A DNA stretch of 64,000 nucleotides, from assembly GCA_951406725.2 (NCBI GenBank), contig OX597841.1:7688001-7752000 (forward strand). Direction: 5' to 3'. Made by a program: the position numbers and the translations under genes. The notes under the pieces were generated by a model. It had not been told where the DNA came from and searched no databases. It worked only from the letters and a program-made list of their open reading frames with translations. The stretch is from Octopus vulgaris (Eukaryota). Every line of letters begins with the position of its first letter. Positions within the stretch are counted from its first letter, which is position 1. This document shows, in pieces, positions 12,530 through 27,769 of the stretch.

Positions 12530-12915
12530 TCTCTATATATAAACGGCAGTTTGTCTGTGCGTGTTTCTGTGTGTCTGTTTTCTCGTACCCTCACCCTGAC
12601 CACGGCTTTCAACCGATTCTGATGAAACTTGACACACACATAGCCCAATGTCATAATTCAAAACTAACGCAGCGAAAATTTTGAAAAGTTAACCCCAGTT
12701 CTGAAAAAATCGATAAATTCGACATGGGGTCGAGAATCAAAAAAAAACAAACCACAGACTGTCTAGGGGACGCAACTCGACCTTTTTTTACTCTCAAAAA
12801 AAAATTTACCATAATTTTTTTTCCATTGTTTTGCTATTTTTTGGCTATAACTCTCTAAAAATGCTTTATAGTTATTTCCCTTACAAACCTGAGCAACGCC
12901 GGGCGATACTGCTAG
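12530..12915 (+). mobile_element. Non-autonomous Helitron
   Basis: 5' A|TC start, 3' CTAG|T end, subterminal imperfect GC hairpin CCTGAGCAACGCCGGG, no TSD. Near-identical to 20650-21031. Confidence 0.85.
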
Positions 12916-12980
12916 TATATATATACATATACATACTTGCATAAATATAGATATATATAGAGGGAATTGGGTTAGATAAG

Positions 12981-13012
<32 letters not shown>

Positions 13013-13015
13013 AAC

Positions 13016-13057
<42 letters not shown>

Positions 13058-13439
13058 GAAGATAGATAGATAGATATGTTTCTTTATTAGCCACACAGGG
13101 CTGCACACAGATAGAACAAATTACAAGGTAGAGCTTTTCTTTTGAAGGTTTAAACAAAAAAAAAAGGAAGGGGGTAGTTTCGATCAAAAGGGATCGTAAA
13201 AGGAGAGAAAGAGGACAAAAAAAAGGGGGGTTAAACAAAAGGGGGAGAGGAAAAAAAAATATTTGATCAATAGGGATCGTTATCACAGAAATGTCAATAT
13301 AAAGTGTAAAGGGGTGGACAGGTGAGGTTTACCCGTGGAAGGAAAAGCCTACGGAAAAGACCACGGTAACCTCGGTCAATGGAGTCACATGTTATATTAC
13401 TTCTTTTTTTTATAGATATGTAGATAGATAGATGAGTAG

Positions 13440-13619
<180 letters not shown>

Positions 13620-14033
13620 GGATAGATAGACTGAGGTATAGATACATACATACCTATCTATCTATTTATCTACCTCTTTTTATTTTTATATGCATGTGTG
13701 ACTGTCTATGTATATGTGTATATGTATATGTGTGTGCGTGTGTGTGTGTGTTTGTATGTGTGTGTGTGTGTGTCTATGTGCGTGTGTGTGTCTGTGCGTG
13801 TGTGTGTATGTTCGCGTGCGTTTGTCTGTGCCTTGATACGTCTAGACACATACATATATACGTGTGTGTGTGTGTGCATATATATATATGTGTCATATAT
13901 GTATGTATATATGTATACATACATGCATATATACACACATACATGTCTCTATGAGGGTTTGTGAGTTCATGCGTCTGCCTCTCTGCGAGAATATGCATGT
14001 GTGTGTGTGTGTGGTTTGTGTGTGTGTGTGTGG

Positions 14034-14064
<31 letters not shown>

Positions 14065-14081
14065 TGTCTGTGTGTGTATGT

Positions 14082-14128
<47 letters not shown>

Positions 14129-14200
14129 TGTGTGGTGTGTGTGTGTGCGTGTGGTGTGTGTGTGTGTGGTGTGTGTATGTGTGTGGTGTGTGTGTGCGTG

Positions 14201-14263
<63 letters not shown>

Positions 14264-14289
14264 TATATGTGTGGTGTGAGTATGTGTGT

Positions 14290-14347
<58 letters not shown>

Positions 14348-14595
14348 TGTTTGTGTGTGTGTTTGTCTGTCTGTGTGTATAATATATCGTCAGATAAATT
14401 CCTAATTAACTTACTCAATAATCCATAAAAGAGAATTATAAGTTAATTGCGCAGCCATTGATATCAAAACGTGTTTAGTGTTGTGGTGGCGGAGCAGGTG
14501 GCGCTAGTTGCGGCGGAAGTGTTGGTTGCAGCGCTGGTGGATGTGGAAGTTGGTGTGGCGGGGGCGGTAGTGATGGTGTTGTTGCTGCTTGTTTG

Positions 14596-15432
14596 TTTGT
14601 TTGTTGAACGAAGCGGTCTTTGTCCCAGAGCTCGCAAGATGGGAGAAGTCCGAAACGTGGTCCTTTGCTATTCGTAAGACCCGCAGAAGAGAGAGCAGGT
14701 CAACCCTCGACACCGAGAGCATCGACGGATGGATGAATGCGCATCCAGGCTCAGCGGTTGCGTAGGAAGTCGGGGATAAGAAACAGGAAGGGAGGGTGAG
14801 AGAAAGTTGGAGCGAAAGAGTACAACAGGGGTCACCACCACCCCCTACCGGAGCCTCGTGGAGCTTTTAGGTATCTTCGCTCAATAAACACACACAGCGC
14901 CCGGTCTGGGAATCGAAACCGCGCGGGAACAAGAAACAGGAAGAAAAAGTGAGAGAAAGTTGGAGCGAAAGAGTACAACAGGGGTAGCCACCACCCCCTA
15001 CCGGAGCCTCGTGGAGCTTTTAGGTGTTTTCGCTCAATAAACACACACAACGCCCGGTCTGGGAATCGAAACCGCGCGGGGACAAGAAACAGGAAGAAAG
15101 AGTGAGAGAAAGTTGGAGCGAAAGAGTACAACAGGGGTAGCCACCACCCCCTACCGGAGCCTCGTGGAGCTTTTAGGTGTTTTCGCTCAATAAACACACA
15201 CAACGCCCGGTCTAGGAATCGAAACCGCGCGGGGACAAGAAACAGGAAGAAAGAGTGAGAGAAAGTTGGAGCGAAAGAGTACAACAGGGGTCGTCACCAT
15301 CCCCTGCCGGAGCCTCGTGGAGCTTTTAGGTATCTTCGCTCAATAAACACACACAGCGCCCGGTCTGGGAATCGAAACCGCGATCCTCCGCCCGTTATTC
15401 CGCTGCCCTAACCATTGGGCCATTGCGCCTCC
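14596..15432 (-). mobile_element. tRNA-derived SINE (octopus OR-like) with a 4x tandem 153-bp internal expansion
   Basis: Head GGAGGCGCAATGGCCCAATGG...GGTTTCGATTCCC. Unit starts at 14778, 14931, 15084 and 15237; (CAAA)n tail. Confidence 0.85.
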
Positions 15433-15656
15433 ACTTGTTGTTGCTGTTTTTGCTGGTGGTGGTGGTGGTGGTGGTTTTGGTAATGGTTGTGGTGGTAGTT
15501 GTCATAGTGGTTGGTACGTGGGGCTATGGAGATCCAGACGTGGGGAGCAAATATGATGCCGGCTGATGGTTGCCAAGGTCCCGCGACTGGAGGAAGACGA
15601 GAAGGTGTATTTTCATTGGAGGGGACAGAGGTATATGTATTTATACCTATGAATAC

Positions 15657-15701
<45 letters not shown>

Positions 15702-15901
15702 GATGGATGGATGGATTCATGTGTGTGGGTAAACACAGAAATTTGCGTGTATGTCAATGGGCGCATCTGTGTGTATTTGTGTGTGTTTTTCAGTAGAAGT
15801 GGGCGAAGAGGGAGTGTCCGGCACTTCACCAACATGCCGTATTCTCGCATACAACGGTAGTAGCTATAGCAAATATACACCAATACACACACATACATAC
15901 A

Positions 15902-15967
<66 letters not shown>

Positions 15968-15968
15968 T

Positions 15969-16000
<32 letters not shown>

Positions 16001-16031
16001 GTATATGCATATATATATATATATATGTATA

Positions 16032-16104
<73 letters not shown>

Positions 16105-16165
16105 TCACATATATATATATATATATTTATATATTCACATATATATATATATATATTTATATATT

Positions 16166-16216
<51 letters not shown>

Positions 16217-16241
16217 TTATATATTCACATATATATATATA

Positions 16242-16312
<71 letters not shown>

Positions 16313-16359
16313 AACCCGGAACCATGAGGTTGCAAAGCAAGCCTCTTAACACTCCTGCG

Positions 16360-16445
<86 letters not shown>

Positions 16446-17286
16446 AGGTGAGTCCAGGCTATGCACACAAATGCGAATCAAGGTGGAATTCTTAGTCGAT
16501 TGTATATACCTTCTTGATAGGCCGTTCTATATACCTGTATCTTTATTTGCAATAAATATATTTTTTTACCTTCTGTGTCTGTTTAAATATGTATACTTTA
16601 TACGCTTAAGAGCCATGGTAATATTTATATATGATCAAATGTTTGGAGGTCTGGTGTTCTGTATAAAGTCGTTGACTTGAATTTGATGTTTGTTCTCTGA
16701 TGAATGTTTCTTTATCTCTGTCTCAATTACATTTGAACACTTCTTTTCTGCAGGTCTTATAAACCCTTTTGTCTACATAAAAAGAGGCAAACATTATTTC
16801 TTGTCATATATATATATATATATATCTACGACGGGCTTCTTTCAGGCTCCGTCTACCAAATCCACTCACAAGGCTTTGGTCGGCCCGAGGCTATAGTATA
16901 AGACACCTGCCAAAGTTACGACGGAGTGGGATTGAACTTGGAACCATGAGGTGGCGAAGCAAGCTTCTTACCACACAGTGACTCCTGCGCCTATATATAC
17001 ATATATATATATATATGTATAACGGGAAAGTTTACGAAAATAAACAAAAGACGAAGGCAGGTGGAGTACAAACAAAAAAATGTAATAGTATATCGCTCAG
17101 GAATAGAAAAAGTGTTTTACGTTTCGAGCCTACGCTCTTCGACAGACAGGGACACAGGAAAAAAAAACAAGGAGAGAAACAAGGAGAGAAAAAATGCGTG
17201 TAGGAGCTAACGATCTATCATGGCGTTCTGACTTCGGACAGTGGTCAGACGCGAGAAGTATATATATATATGTATAGTGACGTATA

Positions 17287-17394
17287 GTGGATGCTACTGT
17301 AGTTTGTAGCCCAGGAAGACACCTCCTCCAGCTGGCTATAGACACACTTTCTGGACCCTACAAACTACAAACTACAAACTACAGTAGCATCCAC
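17287..17394. repeat. Small hairpin element with 23-bp terminal inverted repeats
   Basis: GTGGATGCTACTGTAGTTTGTAG ... CTACAAACTACAGTAGCATCCAC, with an internal (CTACAAA)x3. Confidence 0.7.
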
Positions 17395-17478
17395 CCTTAG
17401 GGGTTAGCCATATTCAAATGGCAAATATACGTCACGATGTGTTGCCGCTACTGTTTATAACTCGCTCTGAGATTTATC

Positions 17479-17513
<35 letters not shown>

Positions 17514-17515
17514 CG

Positions 17516-17569
<54 letters not shown>

Positions 17570-17640
17570 TCCGAGTGGGGGCACAAATGCGAAACAAGTT
17601 GGAAAAATTAGTACTCGAATACGGGTAGAGTAATATGCTT

Positions 17641-17842
17641 TACTCTTTTGTTTCAGTCATTTGACTGTGGCCATACTGGAGCACCGCCTTTAGTCGAGCA
17701 AATCGACTCCAGGACTTATTTTTTGTAAGCCTAGTTCTTATTCGATCGGCTTATTTTTGCCGAACCGCTAAGTGACGGGGACGTAAACACACCAACATCG
17801 GTTGGTGTGTGATGTCGGGTGGGGACAAACACATACACACAC

Positions 17843-17887
<45 letters not shown>

Positions 17888-18055
17888 TATACGACGATCT
17901 TCTTTCAGTTTCCGTCTACCAAATCCACTCACAAGGCTTTGGTCGGCTCGAGGCTATAGTAGAAGACACGTACCCAATGTGCCACGCAGTGGGACTGAAC
18001 CCGGAACCATGTGGTTCGAAAGCAAGCTACATACGACACAGCCACTCCTACGCCT
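17641..18055 (-). mobile_element. Family A SINE, full-length copy
   Basis: Same consensus. It appears to interrupt an older repeat whose remnant at about 18088-18133 (-) carries a decayed hammerhead core. Confidence 0.88.
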
Positions 18056-18542
18056 CATTACGCTAATTAATAAAGCTGCAAAGACATCCCAACAGCTGTT
18101 TCGCAGAGCTTCATGTTTCCGTTCATCGGACAGTTTTGGTTTTAGAATGGAACAAAATACGTTTATACGCGTAAATATACAATTTCTTTGGTAGATACAC
18201 TTTTGAAAATGCTTTTGTTTCATTGGTCCTTTGAAATAAAGGTCTTTTCAAAAACCTGTTGCATGACATTACAACTGTGTTCTGTTCGCAGCGTACGTGG
18301 ATGTTTGTATACTCTTTACTCTTTTACTCTTTTACTTGTTTCAGTCAGTTGACTGCAGCCATGCTGGAGCACCGTCTTTAGTCGAGCAAATCGACCCCGG
18401 GACTTATTCTTTGTATAAGCCCCAGTACTTATTCTATCGGTCTCTTTTGCCAAACCGCTAAGTGACGGGGACATAAACACACCAGCATCGGTTGTCAAGC
18501 AATGCTAGGGGAACAAACACAGACACACAAACACATACATAC

Positions 18543-18595
<53 letters not shown>

Positions 18596-18645
18596 TATAC
18601 GACAGGCTTCTTTCAAGTTTCCGTCTACCACTCACAATCTATCAC

Positions 18646-18724
<79 letters not shown>

Positions 18725-18967
18725 ATATGTGTGTGTGTGTGTGTGTGTGTACGCATGTATATATGTGAGTAGCTATCATACCTGCAGACTAGACTCCTAC
18801 AATGTTTCGCTGTAATTTCTGGGTTTCATTAATGATGTGGTGGCGGTAATTCTTTAATTAATCGTTAGATTTCCAGCTTTGTGATGCACAAACACTTCAA
18901 GACAGACACTCTGCCAGTTCGATTTAGGCAGAAGTGGGTATATTTGTGTATGTACACGCAAATCTAC

Positions 18968-19056
<89 letters not shown>

Positions 19057-19279
19057 CAGATAGATAGATGGATAGACAGATAGATATATCTTTGTATCTG
19101 TGCTTATCCACTGACACCTCTTGACAATCGGCGCTATTGGGTTATGTCCCTGTAACTTAGCCACTCTTCTCTTTACGAACACCTACAGACCGGATTCTAC
19201 TCTCTCTCCCTCACTCTCTCTCCTTCTCTCTCTCTCTCACACACACACATACACACCTCTTCCACCGTTCGTACTTACA

Positions 19280-20124
19280 TAGGAACATAAACTCATTCAC
19301 AAACTTCCAAATCTAACTTCCTGATTCCATCGCTGCCTCGATCTTTCCCGCTCCATCTCTCGTCACCTTCTATAAACATAGGAAACACTCTGTAATTTCA
19401 TAGCTATAAGCTCCATAGCGCTCGTTCACGCACGAGCAAGCATTTGTAAATGCGCTCGCCGACGACACAATCCTACACTCCTGAGCCTACTTTAACGACA
19501 TTAGAGTTCTTATTGGACACAAGTCACAGCATGGAATAATCAAAACGTCTGTTGCATATCGTCGAAAGTTATATATTGCATCATCTGTAAACTTTGAAGT
19601 GCTCTTTATATATTGGGCAAACAGGCCGACGCTCTGTCGGTGACTTTCGCGAGCTACATTTCAAGCACCCTACTATGCATACCTGACCAACCTGTCACTA
19701 CCTACTTCAACATATGGGCCATTCCAATCTCACTTAACAGTGTACATTATGCATCTGTATGCGCAAGGTAAAATTATGATCACCTCTTCGTATTCGAACC
19801 CGGAACAGTAACAACGACAGTACAATTCCTGAGACTCACCTCCCAACTCCCGTCAAATTTTCTCCCCTCTCCCCCTCACAAGCTTCTCCTCCACATGTCT
19901 TTTCTCTTTCCTCATTCACCCCTCTCTCTCACTCTCTCACACTCTCTCTCTCTCTCTTTCTCTCACACACACACTCTTGTTAATTCCTGTCTAATTTGAC
20001 AGTCTCACAGTGTCTTGCGTTCCCCATCAGTTGCAGCAGTTTCTCAAACATAGACCACGTTCACCTCTGCTGCTTTCCCTTCGTGTCAAATTTATCTTGA
20101 ATAACGTCCTTGTCCGAAACGTCG

Positions 20125-20130
<6 letters not shown>
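19280..20130 (+). mobile_element. Decayed Penelope-like GIY-YIG fragment and 3' region
   Basis: About 19562-19635 reads SKVIYCIICKL*SALY/IGQTGRR (frameshifted GIY-YIG). GAAA-CG-TC-GGGGA hammerhead half at about 20117-20128, just before (TA)n. Confidence 0.65.
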
Positions 20131-20187
<57 letters not shown>

Positions 20188-20649
20188 GTGTAAATATAGA
20201 TATACATTTATAAATTAAAGGAGGCGGAAAACAAAAGCAAGACAGGACAAGCTTATCGGATCATTTTAAATATTCTAATTAACGTTAAGGTGAATAGAAG
20301 TAAGGAAAAGTAAAGTAACTATGGCTGTTCTGAGATATCCCAGGTCATGGATCATTGTGTTGATCAACATTTATATACACTGGATATAAATCAGTGTATA
20401 TATAAATAAATATATTTTGTCTCATCAGAGACCTCCATCATCAGCTGCCCCACGGATATCATTATGGTTTCGACACCCCGGCAGTACCATTCAACATCAC
20501 TATGTATTGTTTGAAAGCAAGCATACCTTAGATATCACCACATTCATTCAATCTTAATTCTAGGAAGGATTAAACGCTGGTATTCTTAATGAAACTACAA
20601 CAAAGAAACCACATTTACCCTATGTATGAAAACAGTATCGGTAAATTAA

Positions 20650-21031
20650 TCTCTCTATATATAAACGGCAGTTTGTCTGTGCGTGTTTCTGTGTGTCTGT
20701 TTGCTTGTACCCTCACCCTGACCACGGCTTTCAACCGATTCTGATGAAACTTGACACACACATAGCCCAATGTCATAATTTAAAACTAACGCAGCGAAAA
20801 TTTTGAAAAGTTCCCCCAGTTCTGAAAAAAATCGATAAATTCGACATGGGGTCGAGAATCAGAAACACAACCCGCAAACTGTCTAGGGGACGCAACTCCA
20901 CCTTTTTTTAACTAAAAAAAATTTTACCATCATTTTTTTCCATTTTTTGCTATTTTTTGGCTATAACTCTCTAAAAATGCTTTATAGTTATTTCCCTTAC
21001 AAACCTGAGCAACGCCGGGCGATACTGCTAG
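20650..21031 (+). mobile_element. Non-autonomous Helitron (second copy)
   Basis: A|TCTCTCTATATATAAACGGCAG ... GCAACGCCGGGCGATACTGCTAG|T. Confidence 0.85.
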
Positions 21032-21232
21032 TAATTGAATAAGTAAACCTGTAACTAACTCCTAAATTATCTAACCAAATGGCAACCTAGCACTTGAAGT
21101 CTAGGCAGATAATATTCCCTCCAGTCTTCCATAGTTATTAATATAAAAGCGAAGGCTTTTATGTTCTATTCTTTCCAAAACAAAAACAAACTCGATTGAA
21201 CTTTACTAATCCTAAGTGAATTACACTATTTC

Positions 21233-21291
<59 letters not shown>

Positions 21292-21312
21292 GACAGACAG
21301 ACAAACAGATAG

Positions 21313-21397
<85 letters not shown>

Positions 21398-21400
21398 AAC

Positions 21401-21451
<51 letters not shown>

Positions 21452-21482
21452 AAGAAAGAGACAGACAGACAGACAGACAAAC

Positions 21483-21559
<77 letters not shown>

Positions 21560-21560
21560 C

Positions 21561-21631
<71 letters not shown>

Positions 21632-21634
21632 AAC

Positions 21635-21744
<110 letters not shown>

Positions 21745-22118
21745 GTAGATAGATAGATAGATAGACAGAGAAACAGAAAGAGACACACAGACAGACAGAC
21801 AGATAATTTTGCTAGATTCGGTAAAGGCTGATGTATTCTTCTCGGTCCCTCTCACTCCTCCTCACTGCAACTCTCTCCTTGTTTGTCTTGCCGGTAATTT
21901 GTGCAAGAGCCATGAAAGAGCTTTTGAGGGGTAACCTTTGGATTAGGGGTTAGCTACCTTTCCCCTTTCAGAGCGTAGAAAGGCTGCGCAGGGAGAGTTG
22001 CATTGCTCTGCGCCCTCGGATGGGAGATGGACTGAAGGGGATGAGAGAGAGAGCGGGAGACACATGGGGGGAGGAGGGGACACCTACTTACGTATACATA
22101 CATACATACATACATACT

Positions 22119-22218
<100 letters not shown>

Positions 22219-22354
22219 AATCTAAGAGAATGTGTACAAACATATATAGACACACACGCACACGTACATATATGTCTATGTCTATCTATCTATCTAGCTT
22301 ATATATATATATATAGATGTGTGTTATATATATATATATATATATATACATACG

Positions 22355-22440
<86 letters not shown>

Positions 22441-22503
22441 CACACACATATGTTTGTATACGTGTATGCATATATAGATGTCTAGAAATATATATATGTA
22501 TAA

Positions 22504-22539
<36 letters not shown>

Positions 22540-22598
22540 AATAGAAAAATTATATAGTATGTATACATTACGCGCTCTCTCTCATACACAGACGGGCG

Positions 22599-22663
<65 letters not shown>

Positions 22664-23048
22664 GCACACACACAAACACAAGTTTCAAATGAGATTATGA
22701 AATACCTTGAATCTCTCGGGGGATTTTACCTGTGAGAGTCATTGAACTGTGAAGAAAAAGAATCAACAGAAAAAAAAAAGAAATTACAGAAATGGAAAAA
22801 TAAATAAATAAATAAATAAATGAATGAATGAATGAACGAACATATAAAATATATAAAAGAAGAAGGAGTGAACGAGAGGAAAGGAAAGAAAAAGAACCGG
22901 TCGGGATTCGAAACCGAGAATTATTAAGCACCCCGCCTTCTTTTCTCAGCCACGCCCACTCTCCGCATTTTTATGAATGTCTTTCGCTCATGAAAGCATC
23001 GCCCCCCCCCCCCCGACGTCTTCTATGGATGTTTATTAGCGGGTGTTA

Positions 23049-23100
<52 letters not shown>

Positions 23101-23130
23101 AATGTGGTAGCGTATGAGTGAGTGTTCAGC

Positions 23131-23168
<38 letters not shown>

Positions 23169-23229
23169 GGCGGACGTCTGCATATATATATGTTTATACA
23201 TACATATATAAATACATACATTCATGTAC

Positions 23230-23282
<53 letters not shown>

Positions 23283-23621
23283 ATTGTCTACGTATGAGTG
23301 AGTGTTCAGCTGTATGTGTGTGTGTGCGTGTGTATCTGTGTTTGGGCGGACGTCTGCATATATGTGTACATACATACATACATACACGTACATGTATCTG
23401 TGTGTGTGTGTATGTGTGAGTGTGTGTATGTGTGTATCTGTGTATGTGTGTGTGTGTAAATATATATATATATATATATGTATATGTATATATGATATAC
23501 ATTCATATATTTATATATATATATATGTATATATATACATATATATATATATACACATTTATATGCATATATATGTACATCCATGTGTGGGGACATGATT
23601 AAATGTATATATATATATATG

Positions 23622-23690
<69 letters not shown>

Positions 23691-24034
23691 GTATGTTTGT
23701 ATGTGTATGCATAGTATTTATATATACACACACATATGTATGCACATGTACGTACGCACACATAAAACCGTATAATATGGCGAATACGTTCGATATTAAC
23801 AATATCACAGCTGAGTCGGGAGCCGAATAAAACGAGGCAGCAGTCCTTGAAATAGCGCGCTAAATCTACTTGATGTGTGTGTAAGTGTGTGTGTGTCCGT
23901 GTGTCCGTGTGTCCGTCCGTGTGTGTGTGTATGTGCGTGTGTGTGTGTGTGTGTGTGTGTATGCATGTAAGAAGTGTGTGCGTGAGACAAGCTGTGACTA
24001 TGGATGGCATATTATGAGAATGTATATGTAAGTG

Positions 24035-24069
<35 letters not shown>

Positions 24070-24097
24070 GTGTGTGTGTGTGTGTGTGTGTGCGCGT

Positions 24098-24249
<152 letters not shown>

Positions 24250-24319
24250 ATGTAAGAAGTGTGTGCGTGAGACAAGATGTGTCTATGGATGGCATATTAT
24301 GAGAATGTATATGTAAGTG

Positions 24320-24432
<113 letters not shown>

Positions 24433-24473
24433 GTGTGTGTGTCCGTGTGTGTGTGTGTGTGTCCGTGTGTGTG

Positions 24474-24562
<89 letters not shown>

Positions 24563-24571
24563 GTATGTGTG

Positions 24572-24629
<58 letters not shown>

Positions 24630-24676
24630 ATGTGTCTGTGTAACGTACATAAGATATATTGTATTCATACATATAC

Positions 24677-25085
24677 TCTCTTTTACTCTTTTACTTGTTT
24701 CAGTCATTTGACTGCGGCAATGTTGGAGCACCGCCTTTAATCGAGCAACTCGACCCCGGGATTTATTCTTTTGTAAGCCCAGTACCTAATCAATCGGTCT
24801 CTTTTGCCGAACCGCTAAGTAACGGGGACATAAACACACCAGCATCGGTTGTCAAGCAATGCTAGGGGGACAAACACAGACACACAAACACACACACGCA
24901 CATATATATATATACATATATACGACGGGCTTCTTTCAGTTTCCGTCTACCAAATCCATTCACAAGGCTTTGGTCGGCTTGAGGCTATAGTAGAAGACAC
25001 TTGCCCAAGATGCCACGCAGTGGGACTGAACCCGGAACCATGTGGTTGGTAAACAAGCTACTTACCACACACCCACTCCTGCGCC
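24677..25085 (-). mobile_element. Family A SINE, full-length copy
   Basis: Reverse complement of the 11009-11502 consensus. Confidence 0.9.
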
Positions 25086-25144
25086 TATGTATATATATAT
25101 AGTATGTATTTCACCTCAATGTATGCAAAAAGATGGATAGACTG

Positions 25145-25187
<43 letters not shown>

Positions 25188-25197
25188 CAGATAGACT

Positions 25198-25291
<94 letters not shown>

Positions 25292-25413
25292 CAGGTACAT
25301 GTTATATATATTTGTGCGTGTGTGTGTGTGTGTGTGTGTATTTCTACATATATAAATGTAATATATAAATGTCATATGTATGTGTATGTATGAGAATGTA
25401 TATACATATATGT

Positions 25414-25488
<75 letters not shown>

Positions 25489-26106
25489 GATGTACATATA
25501 TATATAGTCGCAGGCGTGGTTGCGTGGTAAGAAGGGCTTCCTTACCAATCTTGGATAACATCGGTGGAGTGGAGGGGAGAGGCCGGTACGCATGAGTGAC
25601 TGCTGTTCTTCCATAAACAACCTTGCCTGGACTTGTGCCTCGGAGGGCGACTTCCTAGGTGCAATCCCATGGTCAGTCATGACCGAAGGGAGATTTTACC
25701 CATTAATACATGTATGTGCGTACGGTTGTGTATATACATACATACGTACGTACGTACATACATACATACATACATACATACATACATACATACATACATA
25801 CATACATACATACATACATACATACAAACATACATACATACATACATACATACTTATATACATACATACATACAAACATACATACATACATACAAACATA
25901 CATACAATCATACATACATACATACATACATACTTACATACATTCATACATACATACATACATGCATACATGCATACATACATACATACATACATACATA
26001 CATACATACATACATACATACATACATACACAGATACATACATACATACATACATACATACATACACAGATACATACATACATACATACATACATAAAAT
26101 CATACA

Positions 26107-26138
<32 letters not shown>

Positions 26139-26269
26139 ATCATACATGCATACATACATACATACATACATACATACACAGATACATACATACATACATA
26201 CATACATACATACATACATACATACATACATACATACATACATACATACATACATACATACATAAATTG

Positions 26270-27235
26270 CTAAAACAATTTACAATGCTATCCGCAAATA
26301 AAGACTGTCCTGAAATAAACTTAGAAAATCCCTCTGTTATGGAATACAGTTATAATAAATACCAACTCAAGGAATTCCGGTGGAATATTCCCATCGTAAC
26401 TTCTGTCAAATGTAAGCATAACAGGCCGGATATTGTTGTTTGGGAGAGAGGGGCAAAGGTACGGACCATCATAGAGGTTAGCTGTCCTGCAGATATAAAT
26501 ATCTCTTTGAAAATCAAAGGAAAAAAAGGATATCTATGGACAACTGCTTCGAAACCTCCCGCATCTGTATCCAGACTATGAATTCATATTCATTGTGGAG
26601 GCGCAATGGCCCAGTGGTTAGGGCAGTGGACTCGTGGTCATAGGATCGCGGTTTCGATTCCCAGACTGGGCGTTGTAAGTGTTTATTGAGCGAAAACACC
26701 TAAAAGCTCCACGAGGCTCTGGCAAGAGATGGTGGTGATCCCTGCTGTACTCTTTCACCACAACTTTCTCTCACTCTTACTTCCTGTTTCTGTTGTACCT
26801 GTATTTCAAAGGGCCGGCCTTGTCACTCTCTGTGTCACGCTGAATATCCCCGAGAACTACGTTAAGGGTGCACGTGTCTGTGGAGTGCTCAGCCACTTGC
26901 ACGTTAATTTCACGAGCAGGCTGTTTCGTTGATTCGGATCAACCGGAACCCTCGTCGTCGTAACCGACGGAGTGCTTCCACCAATTGGAGCACAAGGTTT
27001 TGTTAGTAAATGTTTAAAGGAGAATCTGGATAAACTGGGATTTTCAGAAAGAGAAATCGACCGGCTGATTCGTACGAGTGCAAGTGCAGCCTGTGAGTGG
27101 AGCAGGAAAAATAGGCAAGACCTCTCTCAAGCTCCAAATATGAATTTGTCTGTGTTAACTACATCCCAAAGATGAAGCCTTGTATCTTTGTTGGAAACTG
27201 TCTCCCTCCTCAGTGGAAGATTTATAATGAAAAAA
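26270..27235 (+). mobile_element. 3' end of a restriction-like-endonuclease LINE (R4/Dong-like), interrupted by a SINE
   Basis: KHNRPDIVVWERGAKVRTIIEVSCPADINISLKIK (RPD...E motif). The frame continues as IGAQGFVSKCLKENLDKLG after the SINE at about 26597-26980. Confidence 0.8.
26597..26980 (+). mobile_element. tRNA-derived SINE (OR-like): same head as 14596-15432, different 3' tail
   Basis: A-box TGGCCCAGTGG, B-box GGTTTCGATTCCC. Related fragments at about 255-330 (-), 29170-29311 (-) and 61404-61630 (+). Confidence 0.85.
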
Positions 27236-27293
27236 TAGAAGTGACAGACATACAGACATACATATATATTTATATACACGTACATGTACTGAC

Positions 27294-27348
<55 letters not shown>

Positions 27349-27518
27349 TGGGTGTGTGGTTAAGAAACTCGGTTTGTATCCGTAGGTTTCTGCGTTCAAT
27401 CCCACTGCCTGGCACCTTGGACACGTGTCTTTTACTATAACCACAGCCTACCTAACGCCTTGTCAGTGGATTTGGGAGTCAGAAAATGACAGAAGCACAT
27501 CGTATATATTTATATATA

Positions 27519-27552
<34 letters not shown>

Positions 27553-27769
27553 TCCCCCCCCCCTTCACTATTTGACAACTGTTGTTGGTATGTTTACATC
27601 CCCGTAAATTTGTGGTTCGTCGAAAGGGCCAAAGAAATAGGGTCAAGAACTTAAAAAACATTCCCTGGGATCGGTTTGTTTGACTAAACCCCTTCAGGTC
27701 GGTGCCCCAGCGTTGCCGCAGACTAATGACTGAAACAAGAAAAAAAATTGAAGAACCGGATTTTTGCAG

